This document shows, piece by piece, positions 9,825-18,727 of a stretch of 64,000 nt of DNA. How positions within the stretch are numbered: the stretch's first letter is position 1; each line of letters begins with the position of its first letter. Made by a program: the position numbers and the translations under genes. Under the pieces are notes generated by a model. The model searched no databases and was not told the DNA's origin. It saw nothing but the letters and a program-made list of their open reading frames with translations. Origin of the DNA: Verrucomicrobiia bacterium. Lineage in GTDB: Bacteria > Verrucomicrobiota > Verrucomicrobiia > CAIQCK01. Location: the NCBI GenBank assembly GCA_041667205.1, contig JBAYFL010000015.1:83263-147262 (forward strand), given 5' to 3'.

Positions 9825-10766
9825 ATGATGAAAACACTCATGAAAGTCGCCGCCGTGCAGATGAAGTTTCGGCGGACGATCCCGGAGAACGTCGCGTTCA
9901 TCGAGCGCCACATCGCCGACTTCGCGCGGGCGGGCGGCGACGCGATCCTATTCCCCGAGTGCACCGTGACGGGTTACAACCTCGACTTCCGCAAACTCGA
10001 CCCCGCCGCGGTCGAGGCGGGACTACGAGCGATTGCCGGCGCGGCGCGCGAGCATCGCTGCAACGTGCTGGTCGGTTCGCCAACGCGCGTCCGTGGACGG
10101 TGGCTCAACTCGCTGGTCGTGTTCGACCGGCGCGGGCGGGAGGTGTTCCGCTACCATAAGATTCAACTCACGCCCGATGACGCGAAGTTCTTCGCGCCGG
10201 GCAACGTGCTGGCGTTCTTCCGGCTTGACGGCATTCCATGCACCGCGATCATCTGTCACGAGCGCCGCTATCCCGAACTGGTCCGCCTGCCGGTGATGAT
10301 GGGCGCGCAAATCCTGTTTCATCCAAACGCTGGGCTGGACGCGCTCGCCGTGTCGAAGGCGAAGCGTGGCGGCAAGGACGGCATCGTGGCGCGGGCTTTC
10401 GAAAACCAAGTGTGCTACGTCTTCGCCAACACCGTCGGCCCGCAGGGCGGCGGCTTCTGGTCCGCGGGCGATTCGAAAATCGTGGCGGCGGACGCACGGA
10501 TGTTGTCGTTGGCGAACAACCGCGACGAGATGCGCATCGAGGCGAAACTCGACCTCGCGCAAGCCGGACGGAAATACGCCCGCGAGGCGCTGCAACAGCC
10601 GGCGTTCTTGCGCCCGCACTGGCGCGCGATGCTCGCCGCCTGCCGGCGTCAGATCCGCCGCGCTGCGCGCGGTCGATGCTCTGCCGCTGACCTCACGCTG
10701 TCTCAGGCAGGAACGTGGGGAGGTTCACGCCGCGGAAAGGCTGGAACGCTCCACGAACCTGGCTGA
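9825..10766 (+). CDS. Carbon-nitrogen hydrolase (nitrilase superfamily)
   Basis: E-K-C triad context: FPECTVTGY (Glu), YHKIQL (Lys), TAIICHERRYPE (Cys). The Arg-rich C-terminal tail overlaps the convergent GNAT gene. Confidence 0.7.
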   Translation: MMKTLMKVAAVQMKFRRTIPENVAFIERHIADFARAGGDAILFPECTVTGYNLDFRKLDPAAVEAGLRAIAGAAREHRCNVLVGSPTRVRGRWLNSLVVFDRRGREVFRYHKIQLTPDDAKFFAPGNVLAFFRLDGIPCTAIICHERRYPELVRLPVMMGAQILFHPNAGLDALAVSKAKRGGKDGIVARAFENQVCYVFANTVGPQGGGFWSAGDSKIVAADARMLSLANNRDEMRIEAKLDLAQAGRKYAREALQQPAFLRPHWRAMLAACRRQIRRAARGRCSAADLTLSQAGTWGGSRRGKAGTLHEPG

Positions 10767-11619
10767 AATGCAGCTCGCAGTTCCGGGCGCCCCAAGCGTA
10801 GGCCGTTTGCACCAGCGGCGAGCAATCCACCGGCATGAGAAACACCGGCGTCCGGCCGCGATGACGGTCGAGTTCGGTCCACAACAACGCAGCCGCCTCC
10901 TGCGGATCGCGCGTGAAGCCCGGCCCGACCATGTTGAGGGCCGGATGCGCCGACGAAGCGCAGAAGCCGTCAATCTGCCCACCGTCGCCTTCAATAACCG
11001 ACGCGTGCCAGAAGCCGGGGCGGTTCTTGATGAAGTAACGGTAATCCTTCTCGCGCCGGATGCCTGCCACTTCCATCTCCAGTTGTCCGATGGCCGGCAC
11101 GTCGTCGAGCCGCGCGGGTCGGACGCGTTTGACGCCGGGCGGCCGGGCCTTCAGTCCGCCTTTCGGCACCGGGAGGAACATGTCCTGATACGCGCAGCGC
11201 GGGACGAAGCCCGCCCGCGTGTAAAGCGAGAACGAGTCGAGGTTCATCGCGCTGCTGACGAGCCGCACTGGTTTTCCCTCGCGCTCCGCGAACCGGATGA
11301 TCCATTCCAACAACGCGCGCGCCACGCCGCAACCGGCGTAGCTCGGATGCGAGTTCATGATGCCGAGCGAGACGTGCGTCTCGCGCGGATGATAGAAGCA
11401 CGAGCCGATGAGCCGGCCGTTGGGATGAATGGCCACCACGCCGCCACCGGGGTCCAGCGCCTCGTAAACGTCGAAGAACACCTCCGTCAGCGCCGGCCCG
11501 CCGCCGAAGATCGGCGCGCGGCCGTGGGTCTGATACCAGTGGTTGGTGGAGAAGTGAATCAGCTCGCTGACTTCAACGCGGTCCGCCTTGGTCATCTTCC
11601 GGATTTGCACAGTCGCCAT
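10693..11619 (-). CDS. GNAT-family N-acetyltransferase
   Basis: Start chosen at the ATG (11617-11619), because the ORF-track start is a TTG. The acetyl-CoA binding motif is GCGVARALLEWIIRFAEREG and the protein has a GNAT-like fold length. Confidence 0.6.
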   Translation of the reverse strand: MATVQIRKMTKADRVEVSELIHFSTNHWYQTHGRAPIFGGGPALTEVFFDVYEALDPGGGVVAIHPNGRLIGSCFYHPRETHVSLGIMNSHPSYAGCGVARALLEWIIRFAEREGKPVRLVSSAMNLDSFSLYTRAGFVPRCAYQDMFLPVPKGGLKARPPGVKRVRPARLDDVPAIGQLEMEVAGIRREKDYRYFIKNRPGFWHASVIEGDGGQIDGFCASSAHPALNMVGPGFTRDPQEAAALLWTELDRHRGRTPVFLMPVDCSPLVQTAYAWGARNCELHFSQVRGAFQPFRGVNLPTFLPETA

Positions 11620-11684
11620 GAGTCGCTCCAATCAGCGCAACATTCGCGCCAGCCGAGCGTGCGAAACTGCCGCGCCGTTGTCAA

Positions 11685-11800
11685 CTCAGTCTGTCGGCAG
11701 TTGTCTGTCGGCAGTCTGTCGGCTCAGTCTGTCGGCTCAGTCTGTCGGCTCAGTCTGTCGGCTCAGTCTGTCGGCTCAGTCTGTCGGCTCAGTCTGTCGG
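11685..11800. repeat. Tandem array of a 13-bp unit (TCTGTCGGCTCAG): six perfect copies (11715-11792) plus two degenerate leading copies and a partial trailing copy
   Basis: Read directly from the sequence. It is non-coding (13 is not a multiple of 3), lying 65-180 bp upstream of the GNAT start and immediately upstream of the sulfatase remnant. Confidence 0.9.
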
Positions 11801-11862
11801 TTGCGCGGCAGCAGAGCGCTGCAATGCAAACGCAGACTTGCTTGTGCAGTGCGCCGGAGTAG

Positions 11863-12361
11863 AACTCTGTCCACAAAAACCCGCACAGCACCTGCGACCC
11901 CGCCGTCTGCCGGTTCTGGCCCGCGGCGTTGCGCAAGGCCGGCTCTCGCACCGCGCAGATCGGCAAGTGGCACCTCTCCACCGACGCCGGCCACGGCCGC
12001 GATTGGGACCACTCCGTCGTGTGGTTCCACTCCGACCCGAAGGCCGCGGGCGGTTACTACCGCAACCAAGAACTCAGCTTCGACGGCGGCCCGCTCACCG
12101 CCGTGGACGGCTACTCCACCGACAACTACACCCGCTACGCGCTCGATTTCATCCGCCGCCGACACGACAAACCGTTGCTGCTCTTGCTCTGCTACGACGC
12201 CGTCCACGCCCCTACCTGCCCGCCCGGCGCCACCAGTCCCGCTACATCGCCAACGAACCCGTGCCGACGCCCGCCGACATCTTCCCGCCGCGCCACCCGC
12301 ACCCGCCGGCCCGCCGCCCGAGGAGAAGGTCAAATACCGCAAGTCCTACGGCGGAGGTTAA
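11863..12361 (+). pseudogene. Decayed sulfatase fragment lacking the N-terminal signal/C[ST]PSR region and C-terminal half, with internal frameshifts
   Basis: Frame 1 reads PAALRKAGSRTAQIGKWHL...DNYTRYALDFIRRRHDKPLLLLLCYDAVHAP (sulfatase GKWHLG and xxAVHAP blocks). Continuation (SRYIANEPVPTPADIFPP) is only found in another frame. There is no start codon and no active-site region upstream. Confidence 0.5.
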
Positions 12362-12508
12362 GCCGCCTGGGAGCGCAAGCATCCTGTCCGCCGGTTTTTT
12401 TGCGGTTGATGACGGAGGTTGGGTCGAGAGCGCACGGCTGTTGCTGCGTGCGCCATGCTGCACAACTGTGGATGACCTGACACCTGCCGGCAGCAGCAAC
12501 AGGAAACT

Positions 12509-13081
12509 TTATTCCAGCGCCGCTTCGATCAACTCCAGCCACAAATGCAGGATGAGCGTGTGGGCTTCTTGAACGCGGGCGCCATCCTGGCTGGCAATGA
12601 TAATTTCGTGATCGGCGCGGCCTGCGGCCTTGCCGCCGCTCTTGCCGAGCATCGCGACGGTGACCATGCCGCATTTGTTGGCGGCGGCGAGAGCGTTGAG
12701 GATGTTCGACGAGTTGCCGCTGGTGGAAAACACCACGAGCACGTCGCCTTTGCGGCCGAGGGCCTCGATCTGGCGGGAGTAGATCTCGTCGAATGAGAAA
12801 TCGTTGGCGATGCACGTCAGCGCGGTGGCGTCGCTGTTGAGGGCGACGGCGGCCAGCGCACGGCGGTTGCCCTTGTAGCGGCCGACGAGTTCCTCGGCGA
12901 GGTGCATGGCATCGGCGGCGGAACCGCCGTTGCCGGCGGTGAGAATCTTCCCGCCCGCCCGCAGTGCGCGGGTCATCGCGTCGGCACTGGCGCGGATGGC
13001 GGTTTCGTGGTTGAGCACGCTGCCGATGACACGGCTCGCGTCGGTGATGAGGGCGTCGAGGTTGACTTGCATGGCGGGCAT
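12509..13081 (-). CDS. gmhA: D-sedoheptulose 7-phosphate isomerase (SIS domain)
   Basis: Aligns end-to-end with GmhA from memory: GGKILTAGNGGSAADAMHLAEELVGRY and VFSTSGNSSNIL motifs. Start taken at MPAMQ. Confidence 0.75.
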   Translation of the reverse strand: MPAMQVNLDALITDASRVIGSVLNHETAIRASADAMTRALRAGGKILTAGNGGSAADAMHLAEELVGRYKGNRRALAAVALNSDATALTCIANDFSFDEIYSRQIEALGRKGDVLVVFSTSGNSSNILNALAAANKCGMVTVAMLGKSGGKAAGRADHEIIIASQDGARVQEAHTLILHLWLELIEAALE

Positions 13082-13202
13082 GTTGTCGGCCCGCGCCGCG
13101 ACCGTCCAGCAAAAGTTTTCCGTAACGGGAATTCTGTCCGCTAACCACCGAGAAGGCGTAGAAGCATTCAGACCCACCCGGTTTTCGCGTTTTTGGGCGA
13201 GT

Positions 13203-14435
13203 TCAGCGGAGCTGTTTTTTCATTTCCGTTTTCAACGCCTCGGCAAGGAGCCGGTATTGCGGCAATGAATTGTAGAGCTGGGCGGAAATGCGCAGCAATC
13301 GCTTCGGGGGCGCAGGCCAGGGGATGATCGGCACCTCGATGCCATGCCGGAGGCGGAGTTCGTCCTGAAGCGGATCGGCGTAAAGCGGTGATGCCGGAGC
13401 GCCGTCGTCGGCCGCGTCGGCAATCGGCACCGCCGCCAGCGACCCGATGAGTTCCTCCGGACACGGCGGCGTGATGCCAAGCGCGTCGCAAAGGACTTCC
13501 CTTCCCGCCAACGCCAGCGCGCGGTTGCGCCGCATCACTTCCAGCCAGCCGCCGGGAAGCAGCGAGCCGACCAACCGCAGCGATTCCGGCACGCTCAGCC
13601 ACGCCGACGGATCGCACGTGCCCGTCCAGCCAAACTCAATCTGGAAACGCGACCGGTCGGTTCGCGTCGAGTTCGCTCCGTGGCTGATCGCCAGCGGCCG
13701 GACAAGCGCCTGGCGGTCGCGGCGCACCACAAGAAAACCCGCGCCCTTCGGCGCGCAAAGCCACTTGTGACAGTTGCCGGTGTAGTAGGCCGCGCCGATC
13801 TCCCGCAGCCGCAACGACACCATGCCCGGCGCGTGCGCCCCATCCACGAGCGTCTCGACGCCGCGCGAGGCAAGTTTCTCCGCCAGCCGTTGAATCGGCA
13901 TCACCAGGCCGGTCTGGCTGGTGACGTGGTCGAACAGCGCCAGCCGGGTCCGCGGCGTCACCCGCTCCATCACCGCCTCTACAATGTCATCCGCGGATGC
14001 CACCGGGAACGGAACCGCGACGACCGTCACCCGCGCGCCCCACTGCGACGCTGCGAACTCCAGCGCGTTGCGGCAGGCGTTGTATTCGTGGTCCGTCACC
14101 AGTAATTCATCACCGCGCTCGAACCGCAGCGAGCGCAGCACCGCGTTGACGCCGGAGGTGGCGTTCGGCACGAAGACCAGATCGTCCGCGTCAGCGCCAA
14201 TGAACTCCGCCAGCGTTGCCCGCGCTGCGTCGAACAAACCTTCGAGATCGCGCACAAAGAACTGCACCGGTTGCCGCTCCAGCCGCGCGCGGAGTTGCTG
14301 TTGGTATTCGAGCACCGGCCGGGGGCAACTGCCAAACGAGCCGTGATTCAGGAAGATCACGCTTGGATCGAGCGGCCAGACTGTCGGATCGCCCACCGAC
14401 TGGTTGAGATAGGCGGTTTCGTTTGCGAAAGTCAT
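13203..14435 (-). CDS. Class V (cysteine desulfurase / isopenicillin-N epimerase-like) PLP-dependent aminotransferase
   Basis: FLNHGSFGSCPRPV N-terminus, the NCHKWL PLP-lysine motif and the DGAHAPG block. Confidence 0.7.
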   Translation of the reverse strand: MTFANETAYLNQSVGDPTVWPLDPSVIFLNHGSFGSCPRPVLEYQQQLRARLERQPVQFFVRDLEGLFDAARATLAEFIGADADDLVFVPNATSGVNAVLRSLRFERGDELLVTDHEYNACRNALEFAASQWGARVTVVAVPFPVASADDIVEAVMERVTPRTRLALFDHVTSQTGLVMPIQRLAEKLASRGVETLVDGAHAPGMVSLRLREIGAAYYTGNCHKWLCAPKGAGFLVVRRDRQALVRPLAISHGANSTRTDRSRFQIEFGWTGTCDPSAWLSVPESLRLVGSLLPGGWLEVMRRNRALALAGREVLCDALGITPPCPEELIGSLAAVPIADAADDGAPASPLYADPLQDELRLRHGIEVPIIPWPAPPKRLLRISAQLYNSLPQYRLLAEALKTEMKKQLR

Positions 14436-14556
14436 TTCCTATCCGATACCAGTTTCGTTGTCCGCCGACAACAAACAACCTTGCTGACAACCAGCAGACG
14501 ATGCGGCATCGTTAGCGCCACAAGTTTGTTGCGCTAGTCTTGAACGCGAAGCGGAA

Positions 14557-16335
14557 ATGAGAACATACAACGGACACACCAAAGCCAAGCCCCCAACATC
14601 GTGGATCGCTGGAGTTCATTCTCTAGCCTGCTTCGTCTTGGTTGGGTTGCAAGCAAACGCGCAGGAAATCCCCACCGTGGCTGGCTGGCAGATGGGGTTG
14701 CCAACACCGGGCACCCATCGCGCGTGCGTGGACCTGAGCGCAGCGCGCAGCGGCAAAGGTTGTGGCAAGATCATCGGCGCCACTAACGAGAACGGCGCGC
14801 GCGGTTGTTTCATACAGGAATTCTACAAGAAGACCGCGGTCAAAGCCGGCCGCGCGTATCGCTACGCCATCAGCTATCGCGCCGCGCCACAAACCGAGGG
14901 ACGCGCGGCGTTCCTGATTGATTGCTACACTGCTGAGGGCGAGAAGAGCCACAAGGCGCTCGTCTCCGAGAAGCTCCCGGCCAGTCCAGAGTGGAAGACG
15001 CTGTCGGGCGAAGTGTCCGTTCCCGAAAAAGTCGTTCGCGTCCGGATGCTGCTCTACCTTCATGGCAAGGGGACGGTCTGGTTCGACGATGCGGTCTTTG
15101 CCGATGCATCTGCCGGAGCGCTAGACCTGCTGAAAAACGGCGGGCTGGAGCCGCCGGGATCCTGTATGTTTGACCTCGCGCCGGAGAAGGGCGCGGGGCA
15201 CGTGAAGCTGGCGGCGGATTTCGAAAACGGCACGCTCGGCAAGGTGAAGGAAATCGGACCAGACGAGTTTTACATCTATGCGTCCGCGCAAGATAAGCCG
15301 CGCTCGCCATTTCTCTGGTTTCATTTCCGCGTCGAAGGCTGCAAGGGCCGAGAGGTCACGTTCCACGTGAACCCTGCGCCGTTCTCGCGCGACAACACGG
15401 GCGGCAACGGCACGCGCTCGCCGGTGATGAGCTATGACAGTGATAACTGGACTGGCATCGAGTGCAAGTCATGGAACGACGACGGCACTGTGCTGACGTT
15501 CAAGCAGCGGTTCACGCGCTCGCCCGCGTGGGTGGCTTCGTTTTATCCGTTCACGGCGGAGCACATCTCGCGGTTCATCGCGCAGCATCGGAGCAACCCC
15601 CACTTTTCGTCGCGCGTGCTCGGCAAAACGAAACAAGGCCGCGACCTGCGGGCCTACGCGATTACGGATACAGCAGTGCCAGAAACCAACAAGCGCGTCA
15701 TCATGTTCACGGCGCTCCAGCACGACTTGGAAACGACCGGCGCGATGGCGCAGGAAGGCATCTGCCGGTTTCTGCTCTCCGACGACCCGCACGCTGCAAA
15801 GCTGCGCCGCGCGTTCGTCTTCTACGTCGTGCCACAGATGAACCCTGATGGCATCGCCACCGGTAACATGTATTGCCCGGTCGGCAACCTGAACCGTCAG
15901 TGGGGACTTGGCACGATGCCCGAGACAACTGCCGTCGAGCAGTTCGCCCGCGAACTGGCCGCAAGCGGCCGGAAGATCGAATTGTTCATGGATTTCCACG
16001 GCTGGTGCACGCCGGAGCGCGCGACCATCTTCATGACCTACGGTAAAGAGATTGCCGACGAAGCGACCGAGCGCGACGCGTTGCGGCTGGCGGAAACTAT
16101 CAAGCCCAAGCTCAGTGGCAAGGTTTCCACCACCATCTGGCGGAAGCGCGTTCAGACGGTGACGGGAATCACGTCCGACGTGAGCCGACTCGCGCCGGGG
16201 TGGATGAAGTTCGAGGCTGGCGCGCGACTGGCCTACTCGATCGAGATTTTTGGTGAGGGCGAATGCACGCAAGAGCAGTATTTCGCGTGGGGCCGAGCCT
16301 TCGCCGAGGGGATGGCGGAGTTCTTCGGATTTTGA
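14557..16335 (+). CDS. Exported protein with N-terminal CBM-like jelly-roll and C-terminal M14-like zinc carboxypeptidase domain
   Basis: Signal peptide present. QHDLE (HxxE) and a later FHGW histidine resemble M14 zinc ligands, alongside the NPDGIATGN block. The family call is moderate. Confidence 0.45.
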   Translation: MRTYNGHTKAKPPTSWIAGVHSLACFVLVGLQANAQEIPTVAGWQMGLPTPGTHRACVDLSAARSGKGCGKIIGATNENGARGCFIQEFYKKTAVKAGRAYRYAISYRAAPQTEGRAAFLIDCYTAEGEKSHKALVSEKLPASPEWKTLSGEVSVPEKVVRVRMLLYLHGKGTVWFDDAVFADASAGALDLLKNGGLEPPGSCMFDLAPEKGAGHVKLAADFENGTLGKVKEIGPDEFYIYASAQDKPRSPFLWFHFRVEGCKGREVTFHVNPAPFSRDNTGGNGTRSPVMSYDSDNWTGIECKSWNDDGTVLTFKQRFTRSPAWVASFYPFTAEHISRFIAQHRSNPHFSSRVLGKTKQGRDLRAYAITDTAVPETNKRVIMFTALQHDLETTGAMAQEGICRFLLSDDPHAAKLRRAFVFYVVPQMNPDGIATGNMYCPVGNLNRQWGLGTMPETTAVEQFARELAASGRKIELFMDFHGWCTPERATIFMTYGKEIADEATERDALRLAETIKPKLSGKVSTTIWRKRVQTVTGITSDVSRLAPGWMKFEAGARLAYSIEIFGEGECTQEQYFAWGRAFAEGMAEFFGF

Positions 16336-16392
16336 GGCATGAAGAGTTCCGTCTTGTGCGGCCGATGGGGACGGCGTAATAACGGAACTACC

Positions 16393-17067
16393 ATGAAATC
16401 CAAGACCTGCCTAGCACTCGCGGCTGTCGCCCTTTGCGCTCTCACTGCATCAGCCGCTGAGAATCTCCCGAAGACCTCGATGACCGAGCGCGGCAAACTG
16501 CTTTGCAGCGAAGACTTTGCTGCGCTCGATGCCAAGGCGTGGCACGCCGCCAAGGGCAAATGGGAAATTGCCGATGGCGGACTCAAGGGTGTCGAGTTGA
16601 AATCGGACAAACATGGCGCGGTCATCCGCCGCCAGTTTCCGTTCAAGGACGCCGTGATCCAGTTCGACGTGCAGGTCAACGGCTGCAAGCAGACGACGTT
16701 CAGCATCAACGAGGCGAAGGCGCACCTCGCCCGCGTGCTGTTCAACAAAGACGGCTTCATCATGCAGAAAGACGACCGCGACCACGCCGGCCCGGACAAG
16801 GCGGTGCGGTTTGGTAATGTCGCATTGCCGCTGAAGCCGGGCGAGTGGCACACGGTAGTCGTTGAGTTCATGGGCGAGGAAATGGTCGCGACGATGAACG
16901 GAAAATCCATCGCGGGCGCCACTCCAGCCTTCCTCACGCCAAAAGCCAACTTCGGTTTCACCGTTGCCGGCGAATCGGCCAGCTATCGAAACCTCCGCAT
17001 GTGGGAAGCAAAGCCGAATCCCGCTTGGGAGCAAAACAAGAAGCAAATCTCCGCCGCAAAGAAATAA
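16393..17067 (+). CDS. DUF1080 (3-keto-disaccharide hydrolase / laminin-G-like) exported protein
   Basis: ATG at 16393 plus signal peptide. About 220 aa with the pattern typical of PF06439 (WEIADGGLKG...FGNVALPLKPGEWHTVVVEF). Confidence 0.65.
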   Translation: MKSKTCLALAAVALCALTASAAENLPKTSMTERGKLLCSEDFAALDAKAWHAAKGKWEIADGGLKGVELKSDKHGAVIRRQFPFKDAVIQFDVQVNGCKQTTFSINEAKAHLARVLFNKDGFIMQKDDRDHAGPDKAVRFGNVALPLKPGEWHTVVVEFMGEEMVATMNGKSIAGATPAFLTPKANFGFTVAGESASYRNLRMWEAKPNPAWEQNKKQISAAKK

Positions 17068-17172
17068 GCCGGACGGCGCTAATGTCGGCCAAAAGGGCGG
17101 ATTTAGCGGTGGCATTGCTAGGTGCGATATGATGATTGCGAACGTAAGTGCTGATCAAGGAGGAGTGATACC

Positions 17173-17796
17173 GTGCAAATGCTGCTGAGCGTAGCGTGCA
17201 TTATTGGGTTCTGTGTGGTGTGGTGGTATGCCACAAAACGGCGTTGGATGTTGGGCTGGTGGATAACGACAACAGTATTGGGCATGGTGGGCATGGGATT
17301 TGTATTGAACCTCACAGATGTGCGATTCGCTGGTGATTCGATTGACTTGATGCTTTGGGCCATCTTTTCACAAGTCATGTGTGCGGTGGTCGTGGGAGTG
17401 GTTTTTTGGAAATGGTGGCTGCCTAAGAAACAAGAGTTTGGAAAAAAACAAATGCATGAAGAACCGCACAAGGCAGAATCGAGAGGACATGGCATGAAGT
17501 GGTGCTTGTTCACATCAAAAGGACAGGGCATGAAGTGGTATTTGTTTACAGTGTGTTTTTTTCCGATTCTCTGTCTTGGCGTTATCTTGTTTTGGCCGGG
17601 GCAAGCCGGAACAATTGTTGGATATGGTAAATGGTATCTTGCCGTTGGCCTCGTGGTGCTGTTGATCCACCTATGGATGCGATGCGATTTTACTCAGGAA
17701 AAAAAGGTGATGTGGACGGTGCTGATACCTGTGTTCGGACTGATTGCGCTACCCGTGTATTGGGTGAAACATGTAATTGCGCAGCCCGGGAAGTGA
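17173..17796 (+). CDS. Hypothetical polytopic membrane protein in a low-GC insert; contains an internal 36-bp tandem duplication (RGHGMKWCLFTS / KGQGMKWYLFTV)
   Basis: GTG start at 17173 (ATG at 17179) lies 7 nt after a strong SD (AAGGAGGA, 17158-17165). There are 4-5 hydrophobic helices. Local base composition is clearly AT-richer than the flanks. No family recognised. Confidence 0.5.
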   Translation: MQMLLSVACIIGFCVVWWYATKRRWMLGWWITTTVLGMVGMGFVLNLTDVRFAGDSIDLMLWAIFSQVMCAVVVGVVFWKWWLPKKQEFGKKQMHEEPHKAESRGHGMKWCLFTSKGQGMKWYLFTVCFFPILCLGVILFWPGQAGTIVGYGKWYLAVGLVVLLIHLWMRCDFTQEKKVMWTVLIPVFGLIALPVYWVKHVIAQPGK

Positions 17797-17866
17797 CGCT
17801 GGAAGTGGCAGCGAGCGACCGCGAGCGTGCCTGACGACTCCGGCGTTAGAACAAATCGCAACGCCA

Positions 17867-18724
17867 TCAATTTCCCGCCGCGTTTTTCACGCAGCGGAAA
17901 CCATACACATCGTAGCCGAGACACACGTCGGGCAGGCCGGGAGCGTCGGCGGCGCGGAACCATGAGGCGCACTTCTCCGGCGGACTGTTCCAGTTCCCGC
18001 CGCGAATGACGCGCTTCTGCCCTTGGTCGGGGCCGCGCGGGTCTTTCGCAGGACTGTTCTTGTAGTAGTCGGCGGCGTAGAAATCGTTGCACCACTCGCC
18101 AACGTTGCCGTGCACGTCATGAAGGCCCCAGGCGTTCGCCGGTTTTCCGCCGACGGAGCGCGTCTTTTTCTCCGAGTTGGCCTTGAACCAGCCGTGGGAC
18201 TTCAGTTGCGCGGCGTCATCGCCGAATGAGTAGGCCGTTTGCGTGCCGGCGCGGCAGGCGTATTCCCACTCCGCTTCGGTCGGCAGCCGGTAGCCATTTG
18301 CCGAGAAGTCGCACTGCCACGTCGTCTCGTCGTAGCAGGGCTTGAGTTTCTCGGCGAGCGAGCGGGCGTTGCAGTATTTCACCGCCTGCGTCCAGCGCAC
18401 CTGCTCGACCGGGTTGTCGTCCCCCTCGAACTTGCTGATGTTCACGCCCATCAGTTCCTCGTAGGACTTCTGCGCCACCTCGCGCGTGTCCATGTAGAAC
18501 GCGCTGACCGAAACCTTGTGCGCGGGCTTCGCGTCGTCGGCTCCCTGCGCGCTGCCCATCGTGAACGTTCCCGCCGGGATCAGCGCCATCTCCGCGCCAC
18601 TCGGCATCTTCACGATCTTGGGCGTGTGGACTGGCGGCGGGGCGTCCGCAGTTTGCTTCTGGCAGGAGAGCGCGAGACTCATCGCGCCGATGATCAGGAA
18701 ACAGCCAAAGGTTTTGCTTTTCAT
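17867..18724 (-). CDS. FGE-sulfatase (SUMF1-like) domain lipoprotein
   Basis: Lipobox LALSC, and a C-terminal RVIRGGNWNSPPEKCASWFRAAD...GFRCV block characteristic of the formylglycine-generating-enzyme fold. Only one Cys aligns with the catalytic Cys pair of bona fide FGE. Confidence 0.75.
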   Translation of the reverse strand: MKSKTFGCFLIIGAMSLALSCQKQTADAPPPVHTPKIVKMPSGAEMALIPAGTFTMGSAQGADDAKPAHKVSVSAFYMDTREVAQKSYEELMGVNISKFEGDDNPVEQVRWTQAVKYCNARSLAEKLKPCYDETTWQCDFSANGYRLPTEAEWEYACRAGTQTAYSFGDDAAQLKSHGWFKANSEKKTRSVGGKPANAWGLHDVHGNVGEWCNDFYAADYYKNSPAKDPRGPDQGQKRVIRGGNWNSPPEKCASWFRAADAPGLPDVCLGYDVYGFRCVKNAAGN

Positions 18725-18727
18725 GTT

